From Thermithiobacillus plumbiphilus (lineage in GTDB: Bacteria > Pseudomonadota > Gammaproteobacteria > Acidithiobacillales > Thermithiobacillaceae): 24,000 nucleotides of DNA. Below the pieces are notes generated by a model, which made no database searches, had not been told where the DNA came from, and saw only the letters and a program-made list of their open reading frames with translations. A program made the translations under genes and the position numbers. The stretch covers positions 36,777 through 60,776 of the forward strand of contig NZ_JBBPCO010000008.1 in assembly GCF_038070005.1 (NCBI RefSeq), in the 5' to 3' direction. Each line of letters opens with the position of its first letter. The first letter of the stretch is position 1. Positions 7,688-16,470 of this stretch are shown here, one piece after another.

Positions 7688-7881
7688 AGATCCAGTATTT
7701 CCAGGAAACGGATACGCTCTATATCGAGTTTCGCACCACTGAAGTGGCCGAGACCAAGGATCTGGATGAAAACACGCTGCTGGATCTCGACAAGGCAGGT
7801 CACATCTGCGGCATCACCATCGAGCATGCCAGCGAGCGAGCAGATATTCCTCACTTCTCTTTTGAACAAGTGGCGGCCTGA
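7684..7881 (+). CDS. DUF2283-domain protein
   Basis: MKIQYFQETDTLYIEF...DENTLLDLDKAGHICGITIEHAS is the characteristic DUF2283 pattern. Confidence 0.8.
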   Translation: MKIQYFQETDTLYIEFRTTEVAETKDLDENTLLDLDKAGHICGITIEHASERADIPHFSFEQVAA

Positions 7882-7934
7882 CTGATCATTCAGCGACTGC
7901 GCAATGCGCGCCGCTGGCCCACGACCCATGACCC

Positions 7935-8339
7935 CTAATCCCGCGCAAACATCAGCCGCAGGCTCTCGCCGATGCCGCTGGCCAGTCGCATCCAGCGCTC
8001 GGCCAATTCCGGGGCGATGTGATCCAGCATGGTCTGATGAAACAGCGCCAGCCAGTCGTCCACCAGGGCATTGCTGATGCCTACCGGCGCGTGCTTGTCG
8101 CCCAGCGCATAGCCAAAATCGCGGTAGGGCTGGCCACCCATCACCGTCCACCAGTAATGGATCAGGCGCTCCTTGTGCAGGTCCCAGTCGCCGACCACAC
8201 TGAAGGGGCCACTCAGGGTCGGGTGCTGCTGGATGCGGTTGTAGAAGTCATCCACCACCGCGCGGATGGTGGGCAGGGGGATCTGGGCGCAGAGTGGCTG
8301 GAGCTTGCGCGGCGCGGGTTTCGGTTCAATGTCGGACAT
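7935..8339 (-). CDS. truncated hemoglobin (group III-like globin)
   Basis: From ATG 8339: MSDIEPKP...AVVDDFYNRIQQHP...WDLHKERLIHYWWTVMGGQPYR...DDWLALFHQTM. The longer 7935-9158 ORF is an antisense extension through the SDR gene. Confidence 0.72.
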   Translation of the reverse strand: MSDIEPKPAPRKLQPLCAQIPLPTIRAVVDDFYNRIQQHPTLSGPFSVVGDWDLHKERLIHYWWTVMGGQPYRDFGYALGDKHAPVGISNALVDDWLALFHQTMLDHIAPELAERWMRLASGIGESLRLMFARD

Positions 8340-8435
8340 GAAATGCTCCACAAGGCGAGAGGTTTCCCTTAAGATAAGATGCTCCCGGTGCCTGTGGCAA
8401 TGCAGGCGTTTGACCCCTTCAGGTGAACCAAACCC

Positions 8436-9167
8436 ATGACACAGAAAACCGCAGTCGTAACCGGCGCGTCGAGCGGCATCGGCGCTGCCACGGCCCGCAT
8501 GCTGGCCGCCCAGGGCTATAAGGTGTATGTCGGCGCCCGACGGCTGGACCGCCTGCAGGCCCTGGCCGCCGAGATCGATGGCGTGGCCCTGATGCTCGAT
8601 GTCACCGATCCCGAGAGCGTGGCCGCCTTCGCCGCAAAAATTCCGGTCCTGAACGTGCTGGTCAACAATGCCGGTGGCGCGCTGGGGCTCGAAGCCATCG
8701 CCGAACTCGATGAGGCCAAGTGGCTCGCCATGTATCAGAGCAACGTGCTGGGCCTGGCGCGCGTGACGAAAGCCCTGCTGCCGCAACTGCGCGCCTCGGG
8801 TGATGGCCATGTGGTCAATCTCGGTTCCATCGCCGGACACGAAACCTATGCCGGTGGAGCGGGCTATACCGCCGTCAAGCACGCGGTGCGCGCCATCTCC
8901 GAGACCATGCGCCTGGAATGGCTGGGCGAGCCGATCCGGGTGACGGAGATCGATCCCGGTTTTGCCGAAACCGAATTCAGTCTCGTGCGCTTCGCGGGAG
9001 ATGCCGAGCGCGCCCGCAAGGTCTATGAGGGCCTGCAGCCACTGAGCGCCGAGGACGTGGCGGACAGCATCGTCTGGGCGGTCACCCGCCCGAGCCACGT
9101 GAACATCGACCAGATCATTCTGAAACCCACCGCCCAGGCGCGCGTCGACAAGATACATCGCGGTTGA
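8436..9167 (+). CDS. SDR-family NAD(P)-dependent oxidoreductase (YdfG-like)
   Basis: TGASSGIGAATA cofactor motif, NNAG, and catalytic S...YTAVKHAV (YxxxK). 243 aa. Confidence 0.9.
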   Translation: MTQKTAVVTGASSGIGAATARMLAAQGYKVYVGARRLDRLQALAAEIDGVALMLDVTDPESVAAFAAKIPVLNVLVNNAGGALGLEAIAELDEAKWLAMYQSNVLGLARVTKALLPQLRASGDGHVVNLGSIAGHETYAGGAGYTAVKHAVRAISETMRLEWLGEPIRVTEIDPGFAETEFSLVRFAGDAERARKVYEGLQPLSAEDVADSIVWAVTRPSHVNIDQIILKPTAQARVDKIHRG

Positions 9168-11176
9168 TGGCAGAGCTCAATCCCCAGCAGCAGGCCGCCG
9201 TGCTGCACGCTCATGGACCCATGCTGGTGCTGGCCGGGGCCGGCTCCGGCAAGACCCGTGTGATCACGCAAAAGATCGCTCACCTGATCGATAAGCATGG
9301 CGTGGATGCCAGGCACATCTTTGCCGTGACCTTCACCAACAAGGCCGCCAGCGAGATGCGCGAGCGCGTCGCCCAGCTCTGCCAGGGCCAGCCCACTCGC
9401 GGGCTGACGGTCTCGACCTTTCATAGCCTTGGGCTGCAGATCCTGCGCCAGGAGATCCACCGGCTCGGCTATAAAAAGGCCTTCTCCATCCTCGATGCCT
9501 CGGATACCGTGGCCCTGGTGCGTGATCTCCTGAAGGACAATCAGGACGACCCGGATCTGGCCGAAGGCATCCAGGGGCGCATCTCGCGTTTCAAGAACGC
9601 CGGCCTCGCGCCGGAGGCCGTACCACTGGAAGGTGACCCTCTGCACAGCCGCGCCGCGCGTCTCTATCCCTTCTACCAGCGCGCGCTCAAGGCCTACAGC
9701 GCGGTGGATTTCGACGACCTGATCAGCCTGCCCAATCAGCTCTTCGCCCATGACGCCGAGGCCCGCGCCCACTGGCAGGAGCGGGTGCGTTATCTGCTGG
9801 TGGATGAGTATCAGGACACCAACAGCGCCCAGTATCAGCTCATCAAGTGGCTGCTGGGCATGCGGCGCAATCTCACCGCCGTGGGCGACGATGATCAGAG
9901 CATCTATGCCTGGCGGGGCGCCGAGGCCGAGAACCTGCACCGGCTGGGGCAGGACTTCCCGGACCTGAACGTGATCAAGCTGGAGCAGAACTACCGCTCC
10001 ACCGGGCGCATTCTCACCGCCGCCAACCGCTTGATCGCCAACAACCCGCATCTCTATGAAAAGCAGCTCTGGAGCACGCTCGGCCACGGCGAGCCGATCC
10101 GCGTGGTGCGCTGCGATGACGAGACCCACGAGGCAGAGAAGGTGGTCAGCCTCTTGCTGGCCGAGAAATTCCAGCGCCAGGCGAGGTTCAGCGACTTCGC
10201 CATCCTCTATCGCGGCAACCATCAGGCGCGCGCCTTCGAGACCGCCCTGCGCGCCGCCCGGGTGCCCTATCATCTGACCGGCGGCACCTCGTTCTTCGCG
10301 CGTGGCGAGATCAAGGATCTCATGGCCTATCTGCGCCTCCTGGTGAATCCGGACGATGACCTCGCCTTCCTGCGTGCGGTGAACACGCCGCGCCGGGGCA
10401 TCGGCGGCACCACCCTGGAGGCCTTGGGGCAATTCGCCCAAAAGCGTGACAAGAGTCTCTTTGAAGCCATCTGGGAGCCGGATCTTGGCGAGCATCTGCC
10501 CACTCGCGCCCTGGAGGCCCTACGCGGCTTCGGTGACTGGATCAATCGCACCAACGAGCAGATCGACAAGACCACCACCACGGATGGCGAACTCGCCGCC
10601 GAGCTGCGGCGCCTGCCGGACGCCATCGACTATCCCGGCTATCTGCGCGACCAGTTCGATGAGCGTGGCGCCAGCCGCCGGCTGGAGAACATCAACAGTC
10701 TCTTTGACTCGGTACAGCGCATGCTCGAAACCGAGGATGGCCCCCGCAGCCTGCCCGAGATCCTTGGCCGGCTTAGTCTCTTTTCTGTACTGGAGCGCCA
10801 GGAAGAGGAGGGCGGCGACGAGGTTCGCCTGATGACCCTGCACGCCGCCAAGGGCCTGGAGTTTCCCTATGTGTTTCTGGTGGGCATGGAGGAAGGTTTC
10901 CTGCCGCACCGCAACAGCATCGACTCGGATAACATCGAGGAAGAGCGGCGCCTGGCCTATGTCGGACTCACACGCGCCCAATTCCTGCTGGTGCTGACCA
11001 TGGCCAGAAAGCGTCGCCGCTATGGCGAGTGGATCGCCGGCGAACCCTCGCGCTTCCTGAGCGAGCTGCCCGCCGAGGACCTGCGCTGGGAAGGCGAGAA
11101 CAACAGCGAGGAACAGCGCCAGGCGGTTGCCCAGGGGACGCTGGCGCAGTTGCGCCAGATGCTCGGTAGCAAATAG
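9164..11176 (+). CDS. rep: ATP-dependent DNA helicase Rep (UvrD/Rep superfamily 1)
   Basis: LNPQQQAAVLH...LVLAGAGSGKTRV (Walker A), LLVDEYQDTN, VGDDDQSIYAWRGA, LEQNYRS, MTLHAAKGLEFP, YVGLTRA. The ~670 aa length fits Rep. The start overlaps the SDR stop. Confidence 0.92.
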   Translation: MMAELNPQQQAAVLHAHGPMLVLAGAGSGKTRVITQKIAHLIDKHGVDARHIFAVTFTNKAASEMRERVAQLCQGQPTRGLTVSTFHSLGLQILRQEIHRLGYKKAFSILDASDTVALVRDLLKDNQDDPDLAEGIQGRISRFKNAGLAPEAVPLEGDPLHSRAARLYPFYQRALKAYSAVDFDDLISLPNQLFAHDAEARAHWQERVRYLLVDEYQDTNSAQYQLIKWLLGMRRNLTAVGDDDQSIYAWRGAEAENLHRLGQDFPDLNVIKLEQNYRSTGRILTAANRLIANNPHLYEKQLWSTLGHGEPIRVVRCDDETHEAEKVVSLLLAEKFQRQARFSDFAILYRGNHQARAFETALRAARVPYHLTGGTSFFARGEIKDLMAYLRLLVNPDDDLAFLRAVNTPRRGIGGTTLEALGQFAQKRDKSLFEAIWEPDLGEHLPTRALEALRGFGDWINRTNEQIDKTTTTDGELAAELRRLPDAIDYPGYLRDQFDERGASRRLENINSLFDSVQRMLETEDGPRSLPEILGRLSLFSVLERQEEEGGDEVRLMTLHAAKGLEFPYVFLVGMEEGFLPHRNSIDSDNIEEERRLAYVGLTRAQFLLVLTMARKRRRYGEWIAGEPSRFLSELPAEDLRWEGENNSEEQRQAVAQGTLAQLRQMLGSK

Positions 11177-11224
11177 AACGCGGCTTTGATTCAGGCCGGT
11201 CATCCGCTAGTATGATAGGAACGA

Positions 11225-11476
11225 TTGCAAATTGTCCGCGAGGTCTTCCCATTGCAGGACCCCCGTTTCGAGCCCCTCTTGCAGCAACTGGAAAGTTTCT
11301 TTGCCGACTACCGGGCGCAGCGCGGCAAGCGACAGGACGATGACCCGCGCCTGCTGCTCCTGAACCGCCAGATCGAGCAGTTGCAGGCCGAGAATCAGCG
11401 CTTGCGCGAACGCCAGGAGGTGGTCTGCGGACGGCTGGAACGCCTGCTCAACGATCTGGAACCGGTCGAGGAGTGA
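11225..11476 (+). CDS. small coiled-coil protein upstream of zapA (TIGR02449/ZapB-like); start uncertain
   Basis: No ATG in the ORF; TTG at 11225 is the track start. Heptad-rich sequence (LLLLNRQIEQLQAENQRLRERQEVV). Its stop overlaps the zapA GTG (GTGA), and its position before zapA is conserved in many gammaproteobacteria. Confidence 0.5.
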   Translation: MQIVREVFPLQDPRFEPLLQQLESFFADYRAQRGKRQDDDPRLLLLNRQIEQLQAENQRLRERQEVVCGRLERLLNDLEPVEE

Positions 11477-11796
11477 CATTGGACATCAAGCAGCCGGTCA
11501 ACGGCGCCTCTCAGACCATCAATATCCAGTTGCTCGGGCGCAGCTACCGGATTGCCTGTCCCCCGGAAGAGGCGGATTGCCTGCTGGACGCCGCCAGCTA
11601 TCTCGACCAGCAGCTGGAGCAGGCGCGGCGTTCGGGAAGGATCGTCGGGACTGACCGGCTGACGCTGATGGTGGCCCTGAATCTGGCCGCCGAAGTGGTG
11701 CAATTGCAGGCCCAGGTGGCAGCGCAAAAGGGCGATCTCGACAGCCTCGCCGGACGGCTCCAGGGCATGGTTGACAGCCTCATTCAATCGGGATAA
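11473..11796 (+). CDS. zapA: cell division protein ZapA
   Basis: IQLLGRSYRIACPPEEADCLLDAASYLDQQLEQAR...DRLTLMVALNLAAE matches ZapA. It sits in the canonical zapA-ssrS-ygfA arrangement. Confidence 0.85.
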   Translation: MTLDIKQPVNGASQTINIQLLGRSYRIACPPEEADCLLDAASYLDQQLEQARRSGRIVGTDRLTLMVALNLAAEVVQLQAQVAAQKGDLDSLAGRLQGMVDSLIQSG

Positions 11797-11801
11797 GGTG
11801 G

Positions 11802-11985
11802 TTTTGCATCCCCTGCGGTGCTCGTAGGTACGGGTAAATTCTTGAACCAACAGTTATCACCCTGGGAGCTTCATGATCGTCGTGGTGAGCCGCTCTAGCG
11901 AGTAGCCTGAAGCGACGTGGAGGCGCCCACCTGACCTTCGGGTTCAAGGGAAACAACCTACGGCACAGGCGGGGGATGTCTCATT
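11802..11985 (+). ncRNA. ssrS: 6S RNA (ends approximate)
   Basis: Intergenic between zapA and the 5-formyl-THF cyclo-ligase gene. The 5' CATCCCC...TAGGT pairs with the 3' ACCTA...GGGGATG as a closing stem. Conserved GGGUUCAAGGG element at 11939-11950, as in E. coli 6S RNA. Confidence 0.75.
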
Positions 11986-12010
11986 TCAAAATCCCCATTA
12001 GATTCTCCAG

Positions 12011-12604
12011 ATGATCGACAAAAAGGTTTTGCGCCGGGACATGCGGCGTCTGCGCCGCGCCATTTCCGATGAGCAGGCGCATCAGGCCGCCCGCCGTCTG
12101 GCTCGCGAACTGAGCCGCAATCCGCGCTTTCTGGCCGCGCGCAGCATCGCCTTTTACTTGACTAATGATGGCGAGATCGATCCCACCTTATTGCTGCGTT
12201 TGGCCCTGCGGATGAAAAAGCAGGCTTTTCTCCCGGTGCTCGATCCACTCTTTGGCCGTTCCCTGCGCTTTGCCCGGCTGCGGCCCGGTACCGCCATGCG
12301 CGCCAACCGCTTCGGCATTCCGGAGCCTGTCGTACCGCGCCGCGCCTTGCTGAAAGCGCGCCAGCTCGATCTCATTCTCACGCCACTGGTGGCCTTTGAT
12401 CCCCACGGTGGACGCCTTGGCATGGGCGGCGGCTTTTATGACCGCGCCCTGCAGCATCTGGGCTGGTCGCGCCACTGGCGCCGCCCGCATGTGATCGGCC
12501 TGGCCTATGAGCTGCAAAAGATCCCGCAGCTGCCGCGCGAGTCCTGGGATATCGCCCTCGATGGCATTCAGACCGAACAGGCCTGGTACCCCGCGGCATC
12601 TTAG
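12011..12604 (+). CDS. ygfA: 5-formyltetrahydrofolate cyclo-ligase
   Basis: 197 aa: RRLRRAIS..., FYLTNDGEIDP, FLPVL, GIPEP, DLILTPLVAFD..G.RLGMGGGFYDR. Located downstream of ssrS as in E. coli. Confidence 0.88.
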   Translation: MIDKKVLRRDMRRLRRAISDEQAHQAARRLARELSRNPRFLAARSIAFYLTNDGEIDPTLLLRLALRMKKQAFLPVLDPLFGRSLRFARLRPGTAMRANRFGIPEPVVPRRALLKARQLDLILTPLVAFDPHGGRLGMGGGFYDRALQHLGWSRHWRRPHVIGLAYELQKIPQLPRESWDIALDGIQTEQAWYPAAS

Positions 12605-12672
12605 CGCCTTCGGCGCATGGCCAGAGGCGGGCGCATGCACTATCATGGGCAGTTCTTCGAGGGAGCTTGACC

Positions 12673-13455
12673 ATGAATCTGCTGTTTGTCGGTGATGTCG
12701 TTGGCGAACCCGGGCGGCGCGTGCTGCTCAGGCATCTGCGCCCGCTCAAGGACAAGCTGATGCTGGATTACATCGTCGTCAATGCCGAGAACATCGCCGG
12801 CGGCTTCGGCGTCACGGAGAAGATCTGCCGGGAGCTCTTCGAGCACGAGGTGGATGTCATCAGTTCCGGGAATCATATCTGGGACCGCAAGGAAGCCCTG
12901 GAGTACATCACCCGCGAACCGCGCCTGCTGCGGCCCCACAATTTCCCCTCCGGCACACCCGGCAGCGGCTGGCATGTCGGCCAGACCGCCAGTGGCGAGC
13001 CCGTCGGCGTGCTCAACCTCATGGGCCAGGCCTTCATGCATCCCACCCTGGACTGTCCCTTTCAGGCCGCCGACCAGGTGCTGGCCGCCAAGCCCGACAA
13101 CCTGAAGATGATCCTGGTGGACATGCACGCCGAGACCACCAGTGAGAAGATGGCCCTGGGCTGGCATCTCGATGGCCGGGTATCCGCCGTGGTCGGCACC
13201 CATACCCATGTGCCCACGGCCGATGAGCGGGTGCTGTCGCGAGGTACGGCGTATATCAGCGATGTCGGCATGACCGGCCCCTACGATTCGGTGATCGGCA
13301 TGAAGAAGGAGGGGGCTCTCAAGCGCTTTCTCACCAAACTCCCCGAGCGCCTGGAGGTGGCGCCCGGGCCGGCCACGCTCAGCGCCGTGCTGATCCGCGT
13401 GGATCCCGTCAGTGGCCGCAGCCAGGGCATCGAAAGAATCAGCATCCGCGAATGA
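12673..13455 (+). CDS. YmdB-family metallophosphoesterase (TIGR00282)
   Basis: MNLLFVGDVVGEPGRR...VVNAENIAGGFG...SSGNHIWD...VDMHAETTSEK...GTHTHVPTADERV are the calcineurin-like metal-binding motifs of YmdB. Confidence 0.88.
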   Translation: MNLLFVGDVVGEPGRRVLLRHLRPLKDKLMLDYIVVNAENIAGGFGVTEKICRELFEHEVDVISSGNHIWDRKEALEYITREPRLLRPHNFPSGTPGSGWHVGQTASGEPVGVLNLMGQAFMHPTLDCPFQAADQVLAAKPDNLKMILVDMHAETTSEKMALGWHLDGRVSAVVGTHTHVPTADERVLSRGTAYISDVGMTGPYDSVIGMKKEGALKRFLTKLPERLEVAPGPATLSAVLIRVDPVSGRSQGIERISIRE

Positions 13456-13595
13456 TCCTGCCTGTGACAAAGCTTGACTGTCGGCAGATCGTTTTTTGCT
13501 TATAATCGCGCTTTTGCGGTTCGGCAAACTTTTGCCGGCGTTTGAAGATACTGGGGCGAGGCATGAAGGCAGGGCAGGGCAGACAGCAGGCTGGC

Positions 13596-14996
13596 ATGGA
13601 CGGCAAGGAAAGACGGGCAGCGGTGTCGCTGGCGGGCATGTTCGGCTTGCGCATGCTGGGGCTGTTTCTGGTGCTGCCGGTGTTTTCCATCTATGCCCAT
13701 CAGCTCGAAGGCGTGCGCGAGCATCCGGCGCTGATCGGCCTGGCGCTGGGCGCCTATGGCCTCACCCAGGCGCTGCTGCAGATCCCCTTTGGCATGCTCT
13801 CCGACCGCTATGGCCGCAAGCCCGTCATTCTCATCGGCACCATACTCTTCATTGCCGGTAGCTGGATCGCGGCGGCCTCCGACTCCATCTACGGCGTCCT
13901 GATCGGGCGTATCGTGCAGGGCGCGGGGGCGGTGGCCTCCGTCATCATCGCGCTCTCGGCGGATCTGACGCGCGAGGAGAACCGCACCAAGGCCATGGCC
14001 ATGATCGGCATCACCATTGGTCTCTCCTTTGCCGTGTCGCTGGTGCTGGGTCCCCTGCTGGCAAGCTGGATCGGTGTCGATGGCATCTTCTGGCTGATCG
14101 GCGGGCTGGGCCTGATCTCGCTGATCTTTCTTTACACCGTGGTGCCCACACCAAAGCTGCTGCGCCACCACCGCGATGCCGAACTCAGTCCGGCCATGGT
14201 GGCCGGGGTGATGAAGGATCCCGAACTGCTGCGCCTGGATTTTGGCGTCTTTGCCCTGCACGCGGCACTCACCGCGCTCTTCGTGGTGCTGCCGCTGGTG
14301 CTGATGGACCCGCGCCATCCGCTATTGCCGCTGGAGCGCCAGTGGGAGCTGTATCTGCCGGTGATGCTCATCGCCTTCGCTCTGATGGTGCCCTTCATCA
14401 TCATTGCCGAGTCAAGGCGCAAGATGAAGCAGGTCTTCGTCGGCGCCATCGCCACGCTCGCCATATCCGTGCTCATCATGGCCTTGTCGCATGACTCCCT
14501 GGCCTGGATTGCCTTGGCCCTGCTGGTGTTTTTCACCGGCTTCAATGTGCTGGAGGCGAGCCTGCCCTCACTGATATCGAAAATTTCGCCGGCCGGCGTG
14601 AAGGGCACGGCCATCGGGGTTTATACCACCGCCGAATTTCTCGGGGCCTTTGTCGGTGGCGCAATCGGCGGCCTGCTCTACGACCCGGTACAGAACAACT
14701 ACGCCACCGTGTTCTGGGCGGTGCTGGGGCTGTTTGTCGCCTGGCTGCTGGTCGCCATCGGCATGCGCCAGCCGCGCTATGTTGCCACCCGGGTGCTGCA
14801 TGTGGGCGCGGTGAGCGAGCTTGAGGCCCGCGCGATCGAGGCCCGCCTGCTGGCCATTCCCGGCGTGGTCGAGGCTGCGGTCTTCCCTGACGAGGAGGTA
14901 GCCTACTGCAAGGTCGACAGCAAGGTGGTCGACGAGAGCGCCCTGGCCGCGGTCATGCGCGTGGCAGGCGACGAGGGGCTGGCTACCTCGCCCTGA
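13596..14996 (+). CDS. MFS transporter, YajR-like with C-terminal YAM-type domain (start 13563 or 13596)
   Basis: 12-TM-like hydrophobic pattern. MFS loop motif GMLSDRYGRKPV. The N-terminus MDGKERRAAVSLAGMFGLRMLG aligns with remembered YajR N-termini. A soluble C-terminal ~70 aa region (VLHVGAVSELEARAIEARLLAIPGVVEAAV) follows. Confidence 0.82.
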   Translation: MDGKERRAAVSLAGMFGLRMLGLFLVLPVFSIYAHQLEGVREHPALIGLALGAYGLTQALLQIPFGMLSDRYGRKPVILIGTILFIAGSWIAAASDSIYGVLIGRIVQGAGAVASVIIALSADLTREENRTKAMAMIGITIGLSFAVSLVLGPLLASWIGVDGIFWLIGGLGLISLIFLYTVVPTPKLLRHHRDAELSPAMVAGVMKDPELLRLDFGVFALHAALTALFVVLPLVLMDPRHPLLPLERQWELYLPVMLIAFALMVPFIIIAESRRKMKQVFVGAIATLAISVLIMALSHDSLAWIALALLVFFTGFNVLEASLPSLISKISPAGVKGTAIGVYTTAEFLGAFVGGAIGGLLYDPVQNNYATVFWAVLGLFVAWLLVAIGMRQPRYVATRVLHVGAVSELEARAIEARLLAIPGVVEAAVFPDEEVAYCKVDSKVVDESALAAVMRVAGDEGLATSP

Positions 14997-15053
14997 GTTG
15001 TTTTGCCGATGGACAGGCGTGGACATGCCGGGTAAAATCAGCCCTCGTCACAT

Positions 15054-15130
15054 GCGCGGTTAGCTCAGCTGGATAGAGCGTTGGCCTCCGACGCCAAAGG
15101 TCATAGGTTCGAATCCTATACCGCGCGCCA
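15054..15130 (+). tRNA. tRNA-Arg (anticodon CCG)
   Basis: Hand-folded cloverleaf: acceptor GCGCGGT/ACCGCGC, D stem GCTC/GAGC, anticodon stem TTGGC/GCCAA with loop CTCCGAC, T arm ATAGG-TTCGAAT-CCTAT, discriminator G, encoded CCA. Confidence 0.93.
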
Positions 15131-15140
15131 TGAACATAGA

Positions 15141-15176
15141 GGGCTTGCAGGCAACTGCAGGCCCTTCTTTCATTTT
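15141..15176 (+). terminator. rho-independent terminator after tRNA-Arg
   Basis: GGGCTTGCAG-gcaa-CTGCAGGCCC (10-bp stem with one G-U pair) followed by TTCTTTCATTTT. Confidence 0.6.
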
Positions 15177-15280
15177 GACCGCTTTCTGCCATTTACCCTG
15201 TGCAAGCCCTTCTGGATACCCTGAAAAGGTATTATCCGCAAGGATCTTGGATCTTATACCATTTTGGGTATAATCTGGTC

Positions 15281-15646
15281 ATGATCAACAGGGAAAAACA
15301 AATTCATTGGGTCGGTAAATCGCTGCAGGAGTTTCAGGCCATGCTGCAGGCCTTTCCTGACCGCGTGCGGGATACCTGTACATATACCCTCTATCTTGCT
15401 CAGTCGGGCAGACGCCACGAACAGGTCCAGTGCATCCAGGAGCTTGATTTCGGCAAGCTCGGCATGCTGGAGCAGTGGCACCAGGGCGCCTATTGTGCGG
15501 TCTATATTCTGTCGCACACTGAGGCGGTATATGTTTTGTATTGCTTTCACCGTGCAGCAGATCAGGTCAGCAGTCCCGACATGAACTTGCTGCAGTCGCG
15601 CCTGCAGTTGGTGAAAGCACAAGTGGAGAACCAGCACCATGCGTGA
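15281..15646 (+). CDS. RelE/ParE-superfamily toxin (phage Gp49-like / HigB-like)
   Basis: From ATG 15281: MINREKQIHWVGKSLQEFQAMLQAFPDRVR...AVYILSHTEAVYVLYCFHRA resembles Gp49/HigB-type toxins. It overlaps the downstream XRE antitoxin gene by 8 nt. The GTG 15200 extension has no family support. Confidence 0.72.
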   Translation: MINREKQIHWVGKSLQEFQAMLQAFPDRVRDTCTYTLYLAQSGRRHEQVQCIQELDFGKLGMLEQWHQGAYCAVYILSHTEAVYVLYCFHRAADQVSSPDMNLLQSRLQLVKAQVENQHHA

Positions 15647-15959
15647 TATCGAACCAGGAAGCGGTAATGTCTATGCTGACTTAGGGCTGCGCGATGCGGA
15701 AAACATGCTGGTCAAGGCAAGGCTGGCGGTGAAGATCGGTGAAACCATCAAACAGCGTGGCATCAGCCAGGAAGTGGCGGCACGTCTGATCGGCATTTCC
15801 CAGCCGAAATTATCCAATCTCCTGCGCGGTCAGTTCCGGGGCATCAGCGAAGCGAAAATGATTGAGTGTCTGACCAGGCTTGGCAATGATGTGCATATCG
15901 TCGTCAAGTCGCTCCCGGATGAACAACAGTCAGGTCAGATCGAGGTGGTCCTGATCTGA
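15639..15959 (+). CDS. XRE-family HTH antitoxin (HigA-like)
   Basis: GSGNVYADLGL.DAE...KARLA..I...I...GISQEVAARLIGISQPKLSNLLRGQF.GIS..KMIECL..LG is the typical partner of Gp49-like toxins. Confidence 0.8.
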   Translation: MRDIEPGSGNVYADLGLRDAENMLVKARLAVKIGETIKQRGISQEVAARLIGISQPKLSNLLRGQFRGISEAKMIECLTRLGNDVHIVVKSLPDEQQSGQIEVVLI

Positions 15960-16044
15960 TGTGCCTGCTACCAGCCCCACCTGGCAAGTGCTGGTTTCTG
16001 CTGTCTTCCCGGCTTGCGTGGATTTGTGCCCGGGACGTCTTGCG

Positions 16045-16470
16045 ATGAGTTTCCTGCTGCTGGTCGAAGACAATGCAGATGATGCCTTCCTGCTGATGCG
16101 GGCCTTGCGCCGCAAGCTGCCGGAACTGAAGATCAGAACGGCCACCGACGGAGCACAGGCGCTGGAATGTCTGTTTCCCGCTGATTCTTCGGAGGGATTC
16201 CGCCCGGATCTCATCTGTCTGGACCTCAACCTGCCCAAGGTGTCCGGTTTTGATGTGCTGACCAGGATCAAGCGTTGCCCGGATACGCAGCGGATTCCCC
16301 TGATGGTTTCATCGACGACCACGGACCCGCGCGAGATCGAGCACTGTTACGCGCTCGGTGCCGACCTCTTCGTGCCGAAACTGGTCGGCTATTTCGAATT
16401 CCAGGCCATCATGGAAGAGATTCTGCAGTACTGGTGGCAGCACAAATGCCTGCCGCCCCGCACGCCCTAG
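16045..16470 (+). CDS. stand-alone response regulator (receiver domain only)
   Basis: LLLVEDNADD (acidic pocket), LICLDLNLPKVSG (phospho-acceptor Asp), SSTT, FVPKL (conserved Lys). No output domain and no kinase gene nearby. Confidence 0.85.
   Translation: MSFLLLVEDNADDAFLLMRALRRKLPELKIRTATDGAQALECLFPADSSEGFRPDLICLDLNLPKVSGFDVLTRIKRCPDTQRIPLMVSSTTTDPREIEHCYALGADLFVPKLVGYFEFQAIMEEILQYWWQHKCLPPRTP

Noticed and set aside
8340-9158. Upstream 270 codons of the 407-aa minus-strand ORF 7935-9158
   Set aside because: This part is antisense to the SDR gene and lacks globin similarity. The globin-like sequence starts at ATG 8339.
9023-10495. 490-aa minus-strand ORF, and 10520-11203 (227 aa), antisense to rep
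   Set aside because: These are mirror-frame ORFs inside a helicase gene with all SF1 motifs. They show repetitive Ala/Gly/Leu/Gln composition and no motifs.
12643-14318. Minus-strand ORFs 12643-13527 (294 aa) and 13500-14318 (272 aa)
   Set aside because: They are antisense to the YmdB-like and MFS genes, which have clear family signatures. They are His/Gly/Ala/Gln-rich artefacts.
15200-15280. GTG 15200 as the start of the HigB-like gene (148-aa version)
   Set aside because: The extra 27 residues have no family counterpart, and a good -35/-10 pair lies inside this extension. ATG 15281 is preferred.
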